From Candidatus Eiseniibacteriota bacterium (GTDB lineage Bacteria > Desulfobacterota > Binatia > UBA9968), in assembly GCA_035559295.1 (NCBI GenBank), contig DATMBL010000011.1:1-55428 (forward strand): a stretch of 55,428 bases of DNA. The letters run 5' to 3'. Every line of letters starts with the position of its first letter. The first letter of the stretch is position 1. The translations under genes and the position numbers were made by a program. This document shows positions 16,997-27,655 of this stretch, in pieces. The notes under the pieces are model-generated. The model worked only from the letters and a program-made list of their open reading frames with translations. It did no database searches and was not told where the DNA came from.

Positions 16997-19900
16997 ATGT
17001 TAAACCTCATTAAGAAAATCGTCGGGACGAAAAACGAACGTGAAATAAGGCGCATCGGGCCCTATATCGACCGCATCAATAGCCTGGAGCCGGCTTATCA
17101 GAAGCTTACCGACGCGGAGTTGCGCGCCAAAACCGACGGATTCCGCACGCGGTTGCAGGAGAAGACTGCGGGCGCCCGCGCGGCGCTCGAGAACGCCAAT
17201 ACGGAGCTTGCGCAAGCTACCGGGGAGGAAAGGGAGGAGCTCAAGAGCCGCGCCGAGGAGCTGGACAAAGAACTGCGCCAGGCGGAATCGGATGTTCTCG
17301 AAGAAATCCTGCCCGAGGCGTTTGCCGCGGTACGCGAGGCTTCCCGGCGCTCCATCGGTCTGCGTCACTTCGACGTTCAGCTGATCGGCGGCGTTGTCTT
17401 GCACGAAGGCAAAATCGCCGAGATGAAAACCGGCGAGGGGAAAACCCTGGTGGCCACGCTGGCTCTTTACCTGAACGCGCTCACGGGCCGCGGTGTTCAC
17501 CTGATCACCGTCAACGATTATCTCGCCCGTCGCGACGTCCAATGGATGGGGCCGATTTATCACAAGCTCGGTCTTTCGGTCGCCTCGATCGTTCACGATA
17601 CGAGCTATGTGTTCGACCCGGCTTACCTCACGAAGGATTACCGCTATTTGAACTTGCGCCCGGTGACGCGGCAGCAGGCGTATCTCGCCGATATCACCTA
17701 CGGGACGAACAACGAGTTCGGCTTCGACTACCTCCGCGACAACATGAAGTTCTCGCTCGACGAGTACGTGCAGCGCGAGCTCAACTTCGCGGTCGTGGAC
17801 GAGGTAGACAACATCTTGATCGACGAAGCGCGAACCCCGCTGATCATTTCGGGTCCCGCAGAGGAATCGACCGACAAGTACTACATCATCGATCGGATTA
17901 TCCCGAAGCTCCAACGGGGTGCGGTGATCCAGGGCGATCCCTCGCAGGACAAGCGGGCCGCGATCGAAGCGCAGGGAGACTACACCGTGGATGAAAAGAG
18001 CCGATCGGTGACGTTGACCGAAAGCGGCGTTGCCAAGGTCGAGAGGCTCCTGGGCGTCCACAACCTCTACGATCCGAGACAAATCGACACCTTGCATCAT
18101 GTGCAGCAAGCGCTCAAGGCGCACGCGATCTTCAAACGCGATGTCGATTACGTGGTCAAGGACGGCGAAGTCATTATTGTCGATGAATTCACCGGCAGGC
18201 TGATGCCGGGCCGGCGCTGGTCGGACGGGCTCCATCAAGCGGTGGAGGCGAAGGAGCGGGTGCACATCCGGGAGGAAAACCAGACGCTCGCAACGATTAC
18301 GATCCAGAATTACTTCCGCATGTACAAAAAGCTCGCCGGTATGACCGGCACGGCGGATACCGAGGCGCCGGAATTCAAAAAGATCTATAAACTCGATGTC
18401 GTCGTGGTGCCGACCCACCGCACGATGATTCGCACCGATCATGCCGATGTCGTGTACCGGACCGAAGCGGAAAAATTCAACGCAGTGGTCGAAGAGATCG
18501 AGGAGCGGCACAAAAAAGGTCAACCGATCCTGGTCGGGACCACTTCGGTGGCGAAGTCCGAGCGCGTTTCGCGCATGCTCAAAAAGAAGGGGATCAAACA
18601 CAACGTCCTGAACGCGGTCAATCATGAGGCCGAGGCGTCGATCATCGCGCAGGCGGGCCGTTTCGGCGCGGTGACGATCGCCACCAATATGGCCGGCCGC
18701 GGCACGGATATCCTGCTGGGCGGCAATCCCGATTTCCTGGCGCGCTCGGACATGGAAAACGAATGGATCACGCGCGCCGCGAAGCTGCCGGTCACCGGGG
18801 CGTCGCGTTATGAAGATGCGCTTCGAGAACTACGCGAGAAGTACGACGAGGAGGTGCAGCGCGCCGAGAAGCGATACGTGGCCGAAGCCGAGGTTTTCCA
18901 GCAGCAGCGCAGCGAGGCGCTCAAGCGCGCGACCGATCTGCAGCGTCAAATCCGGGAGATTTCGCCGTTTCGCGAACTGCGGCGCACGTACGAGGATCTC
19001 TCGGCAACGGAGCTGATTGAGGCGTTGCACGGCTTGCGCGCGGTTCCGGAGAGCTACTTGAATGCCAAAACGGACCTCGAGAGCTCGCTGGCGAGCGCGC
19101 TCGACGGCGCGCCGTCGGAAGAGCGTGCGGCATTCGAGAACGCGCGGGAAGAATTCAATGAGTTGATTGTCCGCTGGCAGGAACGCGACGGAGACCGGCG
19201 CGCGCTGGTGGAGACGCTGGATGAAAAGCGCCGCAACTACGAACAGCGATTGAGCGAGCTGGAATTCGAGGCGGCAACGATCGCGCTGGGCGCAGGCGAA
19301 AGCGCCGAGCTGGTCGGCGAGTACCAACAAGCGCATCAGGCTTTTGAGGAAGCCGAGGCTCGCTGCGAAGAGATCCGCCATCCCTACGAGGAAGCGTTGC
19401 AGGCGGCGCAGCGGAGTTACGAAACGAAGCGGCAGGAATACTTGCGCCTGGTGGAAGAGATCCGGGAGCAACTGGACAAAGCCCCGGACGAATACCGCCA
19501 TCGGTTCGATGAACTCTTGAGTCATTATAACCAGATCTGCGCGGAGGAACGCGAACGGGTGATCGCCGCCGGCGGTTTGCACATCCTTGGCACGGAGCGG
19601 CACGAAAGTCGCCGCATCGACAACCAACTGCGGGGACGGGCGGGGCGGCAGGGCGATCCCGGTTCGTCGCGGTTTTATCTGTCGCTGGAAGACGACCTCA
19701 TGCGCATTTTCGGCGCCGACCGCATCCAGGGGATCATGAGCCGGCTCGGGATGGAGGAGGGCGTGCCCATCGAGCACGGGCTCGTAACCCGGGCGATCGA
19801 AAACGCGCAAAAGAAAGTCGAAGCGCACAACTTCGATATCCGTAAGCATCTCCTCGAATATGACGACGTCATGAACAAGCAGCGGGAGGTGATCTATAAC

Positions 19901-20587
19901 CAGCGCAGGGAAGTGCTCAAGGGCGAAAACCTGAAAGAGCAGGTGCTGGATATGGCGCAGAATCTCGTCGATGACATCGTCGCGGGCGCCACCAGCAAGG
20001 AGCTTCATCCCTCGGATTGGGATCTCGCCGGCCTGCGCGACGCGTTCTACCGCCAGTTCAACCTGCGGCTCGACCTGAAGCCCGAGGAGCAAGACGGGCT
20101 CTCGGTAGAGCGAATTTTGGAGATCGCCAGGGAAAGGGTAGTGGCCGCGTATGAGGACAAGGAGAAACGGTTTGGCGAGCCGATGATGCGCCAGCTGGAG
20201 AAGATCATCATGCTCCAGACGATCGATACCCTGTGGAAGGACCATCTCCTCAACATGGATCACCTGAAGGAGGGTATCGGGCTGCGCGGTTACGGCCAGA
20301 AAAACCCGCTCCAGGAGTACCAAAAAGAAGGGTTTGAGCTGTTCGAAGAGATGATCCATCGGATCCAAGAAGACGTCGTTCAGAAGCTGTTTACGGTGGA
20401 AATCGCACGCGAGAGCGCCGTGGAGCGCATGGAAGTGAAGCAGCAGCCTCAGCGCATGGTCCTGAGCCACGGCGGCGCGGTGGAAAACCGCCCGACCGCG
20501 CCCAAGCGCCAGGGCGAGAAGGTCGGGCGCAACGATCCTTGCCCGTGCGGCAGCGGCAAGAAATACAAGCGCTGCTGCGGCAAATAA
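16997..20587 (+). CDS. secA: Preprotein translocase ATPase SecA (1196 aa, with a large variable-region insertion)
   Basis: It has Walker A '[13 protein letters not shown]', DEAD-like '[20 protein letters not shown]' and '[10 protein letters not shown]'. It also has '[31 protein letters not shown]' and the C-terminal zinc finger '[14 protein letters not shown]'. Confidence 0.97.
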   Translation: MLNLIKKIVGTKNEREIRRIGPYIDRINSLEPAYQKLTDAELRAKTDGFRTRLQEKTAGARAALENANTELAQATGEEREELKSRAEELDKELRQAESDVLEEILPEAFAAVREASRRSIGLRHFDVQLIGGVVLHEGKIAEMKTGEGKTLVATLALYLNALTGRGVHLITVNDYLARRDVQWMGPIYHKLGLSVASIVHDTSYVFDPAYLTKDYRYLNLRPVTRQQAYLADITYGTNNEFGFDYLRDNMKFSLDEYVQRELNFAVVDEVDNILIDEARTPLIISGPAEESTDKYYIIDRIIPKLQRGAVIQGDPSQDKRAAIEAQGDYTVDEKSRSVTLTESGVAKVERLLGVHNLYDPRQIDTLHHVQQALKAHAIFKRDVDYVVKDGEVIIVDEFTGRLMPGRRWSDGLHQAVEAKERVHIREENQTLATITIQNYFRMYKKLAGMTGTADTEAPEFKKIYKLDVVVVPTHRTMIRTDHADVVYRTEAEKFNAVVEEIEERHKKGQPILVGTTSVAKSERVSRMLKKKGIKHNVLNAVNHEAEASIIAQAGRFGAVTIATNMAGRGTDILLGGNPDFLARSDMENEWITRAAKLPVTGASRYEDALRELREKYDEEVQRAEKRYVAEAEVFQQQRSEALKRATDLQRQIREISPFRELRRTYEDLSATELIEALHGLRAVPESYLNAKTDLESSLASALDGAPSEERAAFENAREEFNELIVRWQERDGDRRALVETLDEKRRNYEQRLSELEFEAATIALGAGESAELVGEYQQAHQAFEEAEARCEEIRHPYEEALQAAQRSYETKRQEYLRLVEEIREQLDKAPDEYRHRFDELLSHYNQICAEERERVIAAGGLHILGTERHESRRIDNQLRGRAGRQGDPGSSRFYLSLEDDLMRIFGADRIQGIMSRLGMEEGVPIEHGLVTRAIENAQKKVEAHNFDIRKHLLEYDDVMNKQREVIYNQRREVLKGENLKEQVLDMAQNLVDDIVAGATSKELHPSDWDLAGLRDAFYRQFNLRLDLKPEEQDGLSVERILEIARERVVAAYEDKEKRFGEPMMRQLEKIIMLQTIDTLWKDHLLNMDHLKEGIGLRGYGQKNPLQEYQKEGFELFEEMIHRIQEDVVQKLFTVEIARESAVERMEVKQQPQRMVLSHGGAVENRPTAPKRQGEKVGRNDPCPCGSGKKYKRCCGK

Positions 20588-20649
20588 GCCCCGTCCGGAG
20601 CCGACCGCTTTCGATCGATGAGCAAAAATCCCGCCTCCCGTCTCGTCCG

Positions 20650-21831
20650 ATGATCAAAGTGCCGGGCTTCAGGTTCTCGGGCGTCGCGAGCGGCGTCAAA
20701 AAAAGCCGCCGGAAAGATCTCGCGCTCATCGTGTCCGACCGTCCGGCCGCCGCGGCGGCCCTGTTCACGACCAATCGGGTGAAGGCGGCGCCGGTGCTCG
20801 TGGGAATGAGGCAAATCAAGCGGGGCATGCTCCAGGCGATCGTCGCCAACAGCGGCAACGCCAATGCCTGTACCGGCGCGCGCGGCTTACGGCACGCGGA
20901 AACGATGTGCCGCGAGACCGCCGCTTGCCTTGGCATCCCGGCCGATCTCGTTTTACCTTCCTCGACCGGCGTCATCGGTGTGCCGCTGCCGATCGACAAA
21001 ATCCGCGGGGGCATTCGGCAAGCCGTGGCCGCGCTCTCGGAGGAACGTTTCCTCGATGCGGCCGAAGCGATCATGACGACCGATCGCTTCGTCAAGACGG
21101 GCCGCGCGGAGTGCCGGGTGCGCGGGCGTCGAATCACGATCGGCGGCATGGCCAAAGGCGCGGGCATGATCGCGCCGAACGTCGCGACGATGCTGGCCTA
21201 CGTCATGACCGACGCTGCCGTCGAGCCGGAATGTCTCAGGGCGATCCTACGCGAGGGAGCCGATCAAATCTTCAATTGCGTGACGGTAGACGGCGACATG
21301 AGCACGAACGACACCGTGGTCTTGATCGCCAACGGTGCCGCGGGGAACGCGCCGATCCGATCGGGGACGGACGAAGCGGTTACGCTCGGGCGTGCCGTTC
21401 ATGCCGTCATGCAGGCGTTGGCTTTGCAGCTGGTCAGGGACGGTGAGGGGGCTACCAAGGTCGTGGAGATTCGAGTGGAGCAGGCGCGCTCACGTGCCGA
21501 GGCGCGACGGATCGCCTTTGCCGTGGCGAATTCTCAGCTCGTCAAAACCGCCTTTTTTGGAGCCGATCCCAACTTCGGCCGCATCATGGCGGCTGTCGGC
21601 CGCGCGGGAATCCGGCTTGCGCCCAATGCGATCGATGTTTCGTTCAATCGCGTCAAAGTCGTGAAGCGAGGCGTGGGCATTCCAGCCCGAGAGCGCCCGG
21701 CGGCCCGGGTGCTCCGCCGTTCCTCGTTCCGCGTGCTGATTCAGCTGCGCCAGGGGAAACAAAGCGCGTCGGTTTGGACGTCGGATCTATCGCACGAATA
21801 CGTCCGCATCAACTCCGCCTATCGCACGTGA
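20650..21831 (+). CDS. argJ: Bifunctional glutamate N-acetyltransferase / amino-acid acetyltransferase ArgJ
   Basis: 'GFRFSGVASGVKK', 'MAKGAGMIAPNVATMLAYVMTDA' (autoprocessing ATML site) and 'NSAYRT' at the C-terminus. The ATG at 20650 follows the secA stop. The track ORF start at 20539 overlaps secA. Confidence 0.93.
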   Translation: MIKVPGFRFSGVASGVKKSRRKDLALIVSDRPAAAAALFTTNRVKAAPVLVGMRQIKRGMLQAIVANSGNANACTGARGLRHAETMCRETAACLGIPADLVLPSSTGVIGVPLPIDKIRGGIRQAVAALSEERFLDAAEAIMTTDRFVKTGRAECRVRGRRITIGGMAKGAGMIAPNVATMLAYVMTDAAVEPECLRAILREGADQIFNCVTVDGDMSTNDTVVLIANGAAGNAPIRSGTDEAVTLGRAVHAVMQALALQLVRDGEGATKVVEIRVEQARSRAEARRIAFAVANSQLVKTAFFGADPNFGRIMAAVGRAGIRLAPNAIDVSFNRVKVVKRGVGIPARERPAARVLRRSSFRVLIQLRQGKQSASVWTSDLSHEYVRINSAYRT

Positions 21832-21844
21832 GCGTCGGTCCGAC

Positions 21845-23215
21845 CTAGTGCGTTACGTGCGCGTGCATCGTCTCCGGATCCGCTTTTGATCTGCCGAAGC
21901 TGTTACCGTCGCCCAGCTTGATGATGCGGTCCTTGAGGTCGCGGAGGTTCTTCGTGGCGTTGCGTGTATCGACGATGAGCTTGGCCGCGCCGGCGATCTC
22001 GGCCCAGTTGTACGCGCTGTGATCGGTTAAAATGACGATGCAATCCTGGCTCTTGATCAGCTCGGGACTGAGCGCGACGGAATCCAAGTATTTCCCGTTC
22101 AGCCGGAGTGACGGTACGAACGGGTCATTGTATGCGAGATTCGCTCCCTTATCGCTGAGCATCCGCATGACGTCCAGCGCCGGAGATTCCCGGCAGTCGC
22201 TGACATCTTTCTTGTAAGCGACTCCGAGAATCAGGATTTTCGATCCCCGGATACTCTTGGAGTGACGGTTCAAGCCGTCGGCGATCAGACCGGTTACCAC
22301 CGCGGGCATCATTCCGTTCACTTCCGAGGCAAGCCCGATGAATCGCGCTTGAAAGTTGAGGGCCTTGAGCTTCCACGCGAGATAATGCGGATCGATGGGG
22401 ATGCAGTGCCCGCCCAGCCCGGGGCCGGGATAGAAAGGTATAAAGCCAAAGGGTTTGGTCGCGGCCGCATCGATCACTTCATAAACATCGACGCCCAGCA
22501 GGTCGCACATGAGAGCAAGTTCGTTCACCATTCCGATGTTGACGCTGCGGAACGTGTTCTCGAGCAGCTTGACCATTTCGGCGCATTTGGTGCTCGACAC
22601 CGGAATCACCCGGTCGATGAACTGCGAGTAGAAAATCCGCGCGATCTCGGTGCATTGCTCCGTGACGCCGCCCACGATCTTGGGCGTGTTGCGGGTGGTG
22701 AACGTTTTATTTCCCGGATCGATCCGTTCCGGTGAAAAGGCGACGAACAGGTCCCTGCCCGCGCGCAGTCCTGAGCTTTCGAGCTCCGGCAGGATAAGTT
22801 CCTCCGTCGTGCCGGGATACGTCGTGCTTTCCAGGACGATCAGTTGGTCCCGGTGGAGATACTTTCGGATTTGTTCGGTCGCGCCCAGGATGAAGGAGAT
22901 ATCAGGGTCGCGGCTTTTGCTGAGCGGTGTAGGGACGCAGATGCTCACCGTGTCGGTGTCGCCGAGGGCGGAGAAATCGGCAGTGGGCACAAACCGGGCC
23001 TGGCGCAGCATTTCGGCCAGGAGCGCATCCGGCACGTCCGAAATGTAGGATCGGCCCTCTTTGAGGCGCGCGACTTTGCCTTTGTCGATATCGATCCCAA
23101 TGACTTTGAAGCCGGCCGATGCGATTTCCATCGCGAGGGGCAATCCGACGTAACCCAAACCGATTACCGCCGCGGTCGTGTTCTTGGTCTCGATGCGTCG
23201 TTTCAGCTCTTCCAA
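21845..23215 (-). CDS. Nucleotide-sugar (UDP-N-acetyl-hexosamine type) 6-dehydrogenase
   Basis: 456-aa ORF. It has the Rossmann 'AAVIGLGYVGLPLAMEIA' and the catalytic Cys region 'GPGLGGHCIPIDP'. It resembles the WecC/TviB/Cap5O subfamily. Confidence 0.9.
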   Translation of the reverse strand: MEELKRRIETKNTTAAVIGLGYVGLPLAMEIASAGFKVIGIDIDKGKVARLKEGRSYISDVPDALLAEMLRQARFVPTADFSALGDTDTVSICVPTPLSKSRDPDISFILGATEQIRKYLHRDQLIVLESTTYPGTTEELILPELESSGLRAGRDLFVAFSPERIDPGNKTFTTRNTPKIVGGVTEQCTEIARIFYSQFIDRVIPVSSTKCAEMVKLLENTFRSVNIGMVNELALMCDLLGVDVYEVIDAAATKPFGFIPFYPGPGLGGHCIPIDPHYLAWKLKALNFQARFIGLASEVNGMMPAVVTGLIADGLNRHSKSIRGSKILILGVAYKKDVSDCRESPALDVMRMLSDKGANLAYNDPFVPSLRLNGKYLDSVALSPELIKSQDCIVILTDHSAYNWAEIAGAAKLIVDTRNATKNLRDLKDRIIKLGDGNSFGRSKADPETMHAHVTH

Positions 23216-23236
23216 TGGCGCTCAACCTCCTTGCTT

Positions 23237-24625
23237 TCACGCGACTTGTTGTTTGGTGTGCGGGCTGCGTCCTTTGAAATCTTGAATCTGAATGCCATAG
23301 CGGTGCATCAATTCATACAGGTTTACACGACTAATGCCAAGGTCTCTCGCGGCGCGGCTGATGACCCCATGATGACGCATCAAGGCCTTTTTGACAAAAT
23401 CCTCCTCGATGGCTTTTTTCGCCAGCTTGAGGTTGACGTTGCCGGCCGGCGGGGCGCTGCTCAGGCCCAAATCGCTCCGCCCCACCACCCCGTTGGTGCT
23501 GAGCACAACCGCACGGCTGATGAGGTTTTCGAGCTCGCGAACGTTTCCCGGCCAAGCGTAGCTCACGAGCGCCCGTTCCGCCTCGGCCGTCAACACCGCG
23601 CGAGGCTTGTGGTGCTCGCGGCAGTACTTTTGCAGGAAATGGCGCGCCAGGGGAACAATATCCTCGGCCCGCTCCCGAAGCGGCGGAATCACCAAAGGAA
23701 CGACTTTAAGCCGGTAGTACAGGTCCTCGCGGAAAACATGATTTTCCATGTCGCGCTTTAAATCGCGGTTGGTTGCTGCGACGATGCGGACATCGAGATC
23801 GATCGGATGCGTTGAGCCGACACGCTCGATCTTGCGGTCCTGAAGAAAGCGCAGCAACTTCACCTGTAACGGCGGCGCGAGTTCCCCGATCTCGTCAAGG
23901 AAAAGCGTGCCCGTATGCGCGGCCTCGAACTTGCCCTTCTTTTGCGTGTACGCGCCCGTAAAGGAGCCTCTCTCGTGGCCAAACAGCTCGCTTTCGAGAA
24001 GGTTCTCCGGAATCGCGCCGCAATTCACCGCCACGAACGGATTGTTTCTCCTCGGACTGTGGCGATGTATCGCGTGCGCAATGAGCTCTTTCCCAGTGCC
24101 GCTTTCACCGCATATGAGGACGGAAATATCCGAAGGGGCCACCCGTCGCACAAATCCAATGATTTCGCGCAGGCTCTTGGAGGCGCCGACAATGCCGTCG
24201 AACCCGGCTTGGGGACGGACAAGCTCGTCGTGGGCGCGACGGTAGAGATCGTAGATATGAAACGCCCGTTGCGTGATCGTCTTCAGTTCCTCAAGACGAA
24301 TCGGTTTGAAATAGTAGTCAAACGCGCCGCGACGCATGGCGCTGAGCGCGTTGGCGTCGTCGCCGTTGCCGGTGACGATAATGACGCGTGTGTTCGGATC
24401 GAGCTGTAAAATACGGTCGAGCACGCGCAGGCCGGCAAGCTCCGGGCGGCTCGCGGCATCCAGCGTCAAATCCAGAATCACGACCTGAGGCCGGTGGCGC
24501 TCGCATGCCAGCACCGCCTCTTGCTCTTGGCTTGCCGTGATCACCTCGTAGTTCGTGTCAAAAGCCCGGCGCATCAGCGCCACGACTTCCGGCTCGTCGT
24601 CGACTATCAAGAGCGTTCTTGTCAC
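23237..24625 (-). CDS. Sigma-54-dependent response regulator (NtrC family; PrsR-like receiver)
   Basis: REC 'LLIVDDEPE...VVILDLTLD', AAA+ 'GESGTGKE', 'GSFTGA', and a Fis-type HTH 'ISRAARDLGISRVNLYELM'. The start is uncertain: GTG 24625 with a GGAAAGGA SD is preferred, and ATG 24721 is possible. The track ORF to 24943 runs through a promoter candidate. Confidence 0.85.
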   Translation of the reverse strand: MTRTLLIVDDEPEVVALMRRAFDTNYEVITASQEQEAVLACERHRPQVVILDLTLDAASRPELAGLRVLDRILQLDPNTRVIIVTGNGDDANALSAMRRGAFDYYFKPIRLEELKTITQRAFHIYDLYRRAHDELVRPQAGFDGIVGASKSLREIIGFVRRVAPSDISVLICGESGTGKELIAHAIHRHSPRRNNPFVAVNCGAIPENLLESELFGHERGSFTGAYTQKKGKFEAAHTGTLFLDEIGELAPPLQVKLLRFLQDRKIERVGSTHPIDLDVRIVAATNRDLKRDMENHVFREDLYYRLKVVPLVIPPLRERAEDIVPLARHFLQKYCREHHKPRAVLTAEAERALVSYAWPGNVRELENLISRAVVLSTNGVVGRSDLGLSSAPPAGNVNLKLAKKAIEEDFVKKALMRHHGVISRAARDLGISRVNLYELMHRYGIQIQDFKGRSPHTKQQVA

Positions 24626-24743
24626 GGTTGCGTTTGTCCTTTCCGAGTTGGTCAAGGATGCTCCTGCGCCTGCCTCCCGGACGACACGTGTCCTTTGAAG
24701 CGTCGCGTCGCACGAACGCATCGCGCGTCGCGCTGCATCCCGA

Positions 24744-24758
24744 GCAATGGGGATGCCA
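24744..24758 (-). promoter_or_regulatory. Sigma-54 (-24/-12) promoter candidate for the response-regulator / dehydrogenase operon
   Basis: The minus strand reads TGGCAT-CCCCA-TTGC, with exact GG-N10-GC spacing. Confidence 0.5.
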
Positions 24759-24860
24759 ACGTCCAATCGCGTAAAATACAGCCAAAAAGCGGGTAAAAGT
24801 CCCTTGTACGAAAATTTATCAGTCAGGCAGCTTTGCCTCGTTACTTTTAGTCCGCCCCGC

Positions 24861-24875
24861 CGGCATGAAACTTGC
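24861..24875 (+). promoter_or_regulatory. Sigma-54 promoter candidate for the kinase / regulator operon
   Basis: The plus strand reads CGGCAT-GAAAC-TTGC, about 160 nt upstream of the ATG at 25037. The first T of TGG is replaced by C. Confidence 0.35.
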
Positions 24876-25036
24876 CCGATGCCGTGGAGAAGAGCGTGGC
24901 AAGCGGTGTTTTTTCTTGACATTGTCAGGACGTTGGCAAACAATTGTTAGCTCATCAGCCGTACTCGGATCGGTTACATCTTCAGGCGTGAGCGCCGGTG
25001 ACGAGCCAGCTCAAACGGTGATCTGCGCATACGTAA

Positions 25037-26167
25037 ATGGACAAGAACTCCGAACAGGCACAAGCGGGTCCCGACTCCGTGCGGACCGGTGAAGCCGGAG
25101 CGAGCGGGGCGCCTCAGGCTCTGCCGCGCAATCCTTATCGGCTTGACGAGGAGGCGGAGGCGCTCTTGCCGTGTGTTCTCTACCAGGCCGATCGCTCGCT
25201 CAAGCTTTCTTACATTTCCGACAATATCCGAGAACTGATCGGCGTCGAAAGCCGGGTTGCCGTTGACAACGGCTTTTTTTGGGACCGAAGCGTTTTCCCC
25301 GAAGATTTGGAGTTGTTCGCCGCCAAAGTCGAGGAACTTCAGGTCTCGGGAGCCGGCGCATTCATCCATCGAATGCGGAGCGCTGCCGGGTTGCCGGTGT
25401 GGGTCGCGCACCGATTCAGGAGCCTGAGAACGGATCGAAGCGACGTGGTGTTGGGAAGTCTGGTTTCGTTGGATCACGATCCGAAAGTCCACGGGATCGA
25501 GTCCAGCACGATCTCGCGTTTTGTGCACAAGATCGGCAATCAGTTCCAGTTGATTGCGCTGAGCGTCGGTTCGATCGCCAAAACTCGCGAGAACTCGAAG
25601 GACATGCGGGTATTTCAGGAAGCCGTTGACGGCGCGATCGAGCTCGTGCGCACATTGTCAGAGTACAACCAGATACCCGCGTGCTTGCCCGATGCCAATT
25701 TGGGTGAAATCGTCAAAGCCTCCGTTGCTTCGCGGCGTCGATCTTTTGAAAAGCAAGGGATCGCTCTGGAAGAAACGATCGAAGCGTCGATCGACGATGT
25801 ATCGCTTGCAGCCGATCCGTTCTTGCTGGAGGCCGCAATCGGCCATGTGCTGCAAAACGCGCTCGAGGCGAGCCGTCGCGGCGGCGCGGTGGCGGTTGTT
25901 GCGTCTCTTTTGCCCGGCGCTACGGGTGGCATGGTCGCGAAGCTCTGCGTCGAAGATACCGGAGCCGGGATTGCGCCCGATGACTTAATGCGAGTCACCA
26001 GGCCTTTTTTTACGTCAAAGAAAAATCACGAGGGGCTCGGTTTGAGCTTGGCATGTCGCTTTGTCGAGCTGCACGGCGGCGCGCTTCGCATACGCAGTGC
26101 CGTTCAAGCCGGCACGACCGTCGAAATCCTGCTTCCGGTCAAGCCCGCCAAAAGAGACGCACTCTAA
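25037..26167 (+). CDS. Soluble PAS-domain sensor histidine kinase
   Basis: 376-aa ORF with no TM segment. It has a PAS-like N-terminal half, an H-box 'FVHKIGNQFQLI', an N-box 'VLQNALEAS' and G-boxes 'EDTGAGI' and 'GLGLSLACRFVELHGG'. Confidence 0.8.
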   Translation: MDKNSEQAQAGPDSVRTGEAGASGAPQALPRNPYRLDEEAEALLPCVLYQADRSLKLSYISDNIRELIGVESRVAVDNGFFWDRSVFPEDLELFAAKVEELQVSGAGAFIHRMRSAAGLPVWVAHRFRSLRTDRSDVVLGSLVSLDHDPKVHGIESSTISRFVHKIGNQFQLIALSVGSIAKTRENSKDMRVFQEAVDGAIELVRTLSEYNQIPACLPDANLGEIVKASVASRRRSFEKQGIALEETIEASIDDVSLAADPFLLEAAIGHVLQNALEASRRGGAVAVVASLLPGATGGMVAKLCVEDTGAGIAPDDLMRVTRPFFTSKKNHEGLGLSLACRFVELHGGALRIRSAVQAGTTVEILLPVKPAKRDAL

Positions 26168-26193
26168 GCGATTCGAGATAACGCGGAAAGACT

Positions 26194-27579
26194 ATGTATA
26201 GCGTTCTTATAGTGGAAGATCACGATCGCCTCAGGGAACAACTCGGCCAATTTTACCAGCAGGAAGGGTATCGGGTGACGACCGCCGTCTCCGGCGAGGA
26301 AGCGATCGACAAGCTAACTCAGGAAACGTTTTCGATTGTCGTATCGGATATTAAAATGCCGGGCATCGACGGCTTTGAGCTCGCTCGACACATCCGGGAG
26401 AAATACCCGGAAACCGACATTATCCTGATTACGGCTTTCGGACACATCAAGCAGGCCGTGGAGGCGATGAAGCTCGGCGCCAGCGATTACATCACCAAAC
26501 CGTTTCAACCGGAGGCGATCCGGCTGGTAAGCCAAAAACTGATCGAGAAGAGACGGTTACTGGATGAAGTACGAGAGCTGAGGCAGCGTGTCACCGATGG
26601 TTACAATCTCGAAAACATCGTGAGCAAGAGCCCGGCGATGCTCAAGGTGTTCGATCTGATTCGCTCGGTTTCGGAGACCGACTCGAGCGTGCTCATTACC
26701 GGAGAGACCGGCACCGGCAAAGAGTTGGTCGCCCGCGCCATACACAACTTGAGCCGCCGAAAGAGCAAACCGTTCGTCGCTCTCAACTGCGGCGCGTTCC
26801 CCGAGACGCTCCTGGAAAGCGAGCTGTTCGGTTATGAACGAGGAGCGTTTACGGGGGCGGTCCAGAGCCGCGCCGGCAAAATCGAGATTGCCGAAGGCGG
26901 AACCTTGTTCCTGGACGAAATCGAAACCATGGCCGGTTCGATGCAGGTAAAGCTGCTGCGCGTTCTCCAGGAGCGAGAAGTCGAGCGCCTGGGTGGAAAC
27001 CGGAGGGTTAAAGTCGACATGCGCGTGATTGCCGCGACCAACGTCGATCTGAACCTCTGCCTCGCGCGCGGTACGCTCCGAGAGGATTTTTACTACCGTA
27101 TCAATGTCATTCCTTTGAAACTGCCGCCGCTTCGCGAAAGACTGGAAGACCTGCCGCTTCTCATCCATCACATCCTCAGTCGGCATCCGGTAGCCAAAGA
27201 GAAAAAAGTCAATCAGGTCTCATCGCAGGTGCTGGATCGCATGCTTGCATATCACTGGCCGGGCAATATTCGCGAACTCGAAAACATCATCGAACGGGCG
27301 GTGGTGAAGTGCCAGGGCGATACCATTGAAGACGTTGACCTGCCGCTCCCGCCACGCCGGGTTCTCGACACGCACTATTCGACGCACAACGGCACCGCGG
27401 AACTGTCATTGAAGCAGTGGCTGCTCAACAGTGAAAAAGAGTATCTCCGTGGTTTGCTGATCAAACATCGCGGCAGTATCTCCTCGACCGCGAAACAGGC
27501 GGGCGTGGATAACAAGACGCTCTACCGAAAGATGAAACGGCACGGCCTGCACAAAGAATCCTTCAAAGATTTTTCCTGA
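26194..27579 (+). CDS. Sigma-54-dependent response regulator (NtrC family)
   Basis: REC 'VLIVEDHD...VVSDIKMPGIDG', 'GETGTGKE', 'GAFTGA', and an HTH 'ISSTAKQAGVDNKTLYRKM'. Confidence 0.92.
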   Translation: MYSVLIVEDHDRLREQLGQFYQQEGYRVTTAVSGEEAIDKLTQETFSIVVSDIKMPGIDGFELARHIREKYPETDIILITAFGHIKQAVEAMKLGASDYITKPFQPEAIRLVSQKLIEKRRLLDEVRELRQRVTDGYNLENIVSKSPAMLKVFDLIRSVSETDSSVLITGETGTGKELVARAIHNLSRRKSKPFVALNCGAFPETLLESELFGYERGAFTGAVQSRAGKIEIAEGGTLFLDEIETMAGSMQVKLLRVLQEREVERLGGNRRVKVDMRVIAATNVDLNLCLARGTLREDFYYRINVIPLKLPPLRERLEDLPLLIHHILSRHPVAKEKKVNQVSSQVLDRMLAYHWPGNIRELENIIERAVVKCQGDTIEDVDLPLPPRRVLDTHYSTHNGTAELSLKQWLLNSEKEYLRGLLIKHRGSISSTAKQAGVDNKTLYRKMKRHGLHKESFKDFS

Positions 27580-27655
27580 GTCGGGACCACCGATGGTCCT
27601 AAGGTCACGGAGAAAAGGCCGATCATCATGACGACTTTGCGGAACAGCCGATGGC

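Noticed and set aside
17000-20470. Two very long minus-strand ORFs (541 aa at 17000-18625 and 546 aa at 18830-20470), plus several shorter ones.
   Set aside because: They are fully antisense to secA, whose identity is unambiguous. Their translations are Arg/Leu/Val/Asp-rich shadows with no motifs, as is typical for GC-rich coding DNA.
20539-20649. An upstream extension of argJ overlapping the secA 3' end.
   Set aside because: The ArgJ homology begins at 'MIKVPGFRF' (ATG 20650). The extension overlaps secA and has no ArgJ-like sequence.
24626-24943. An N-terminal roughly 106-aa extension of the sigma-54 response regulator ORF.
   Set aside because: The receiver domain starts right after GTG 24625. 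The extension has no domain-like sequence and runs through the sigma-54 promoter candidate at 24744-24758.
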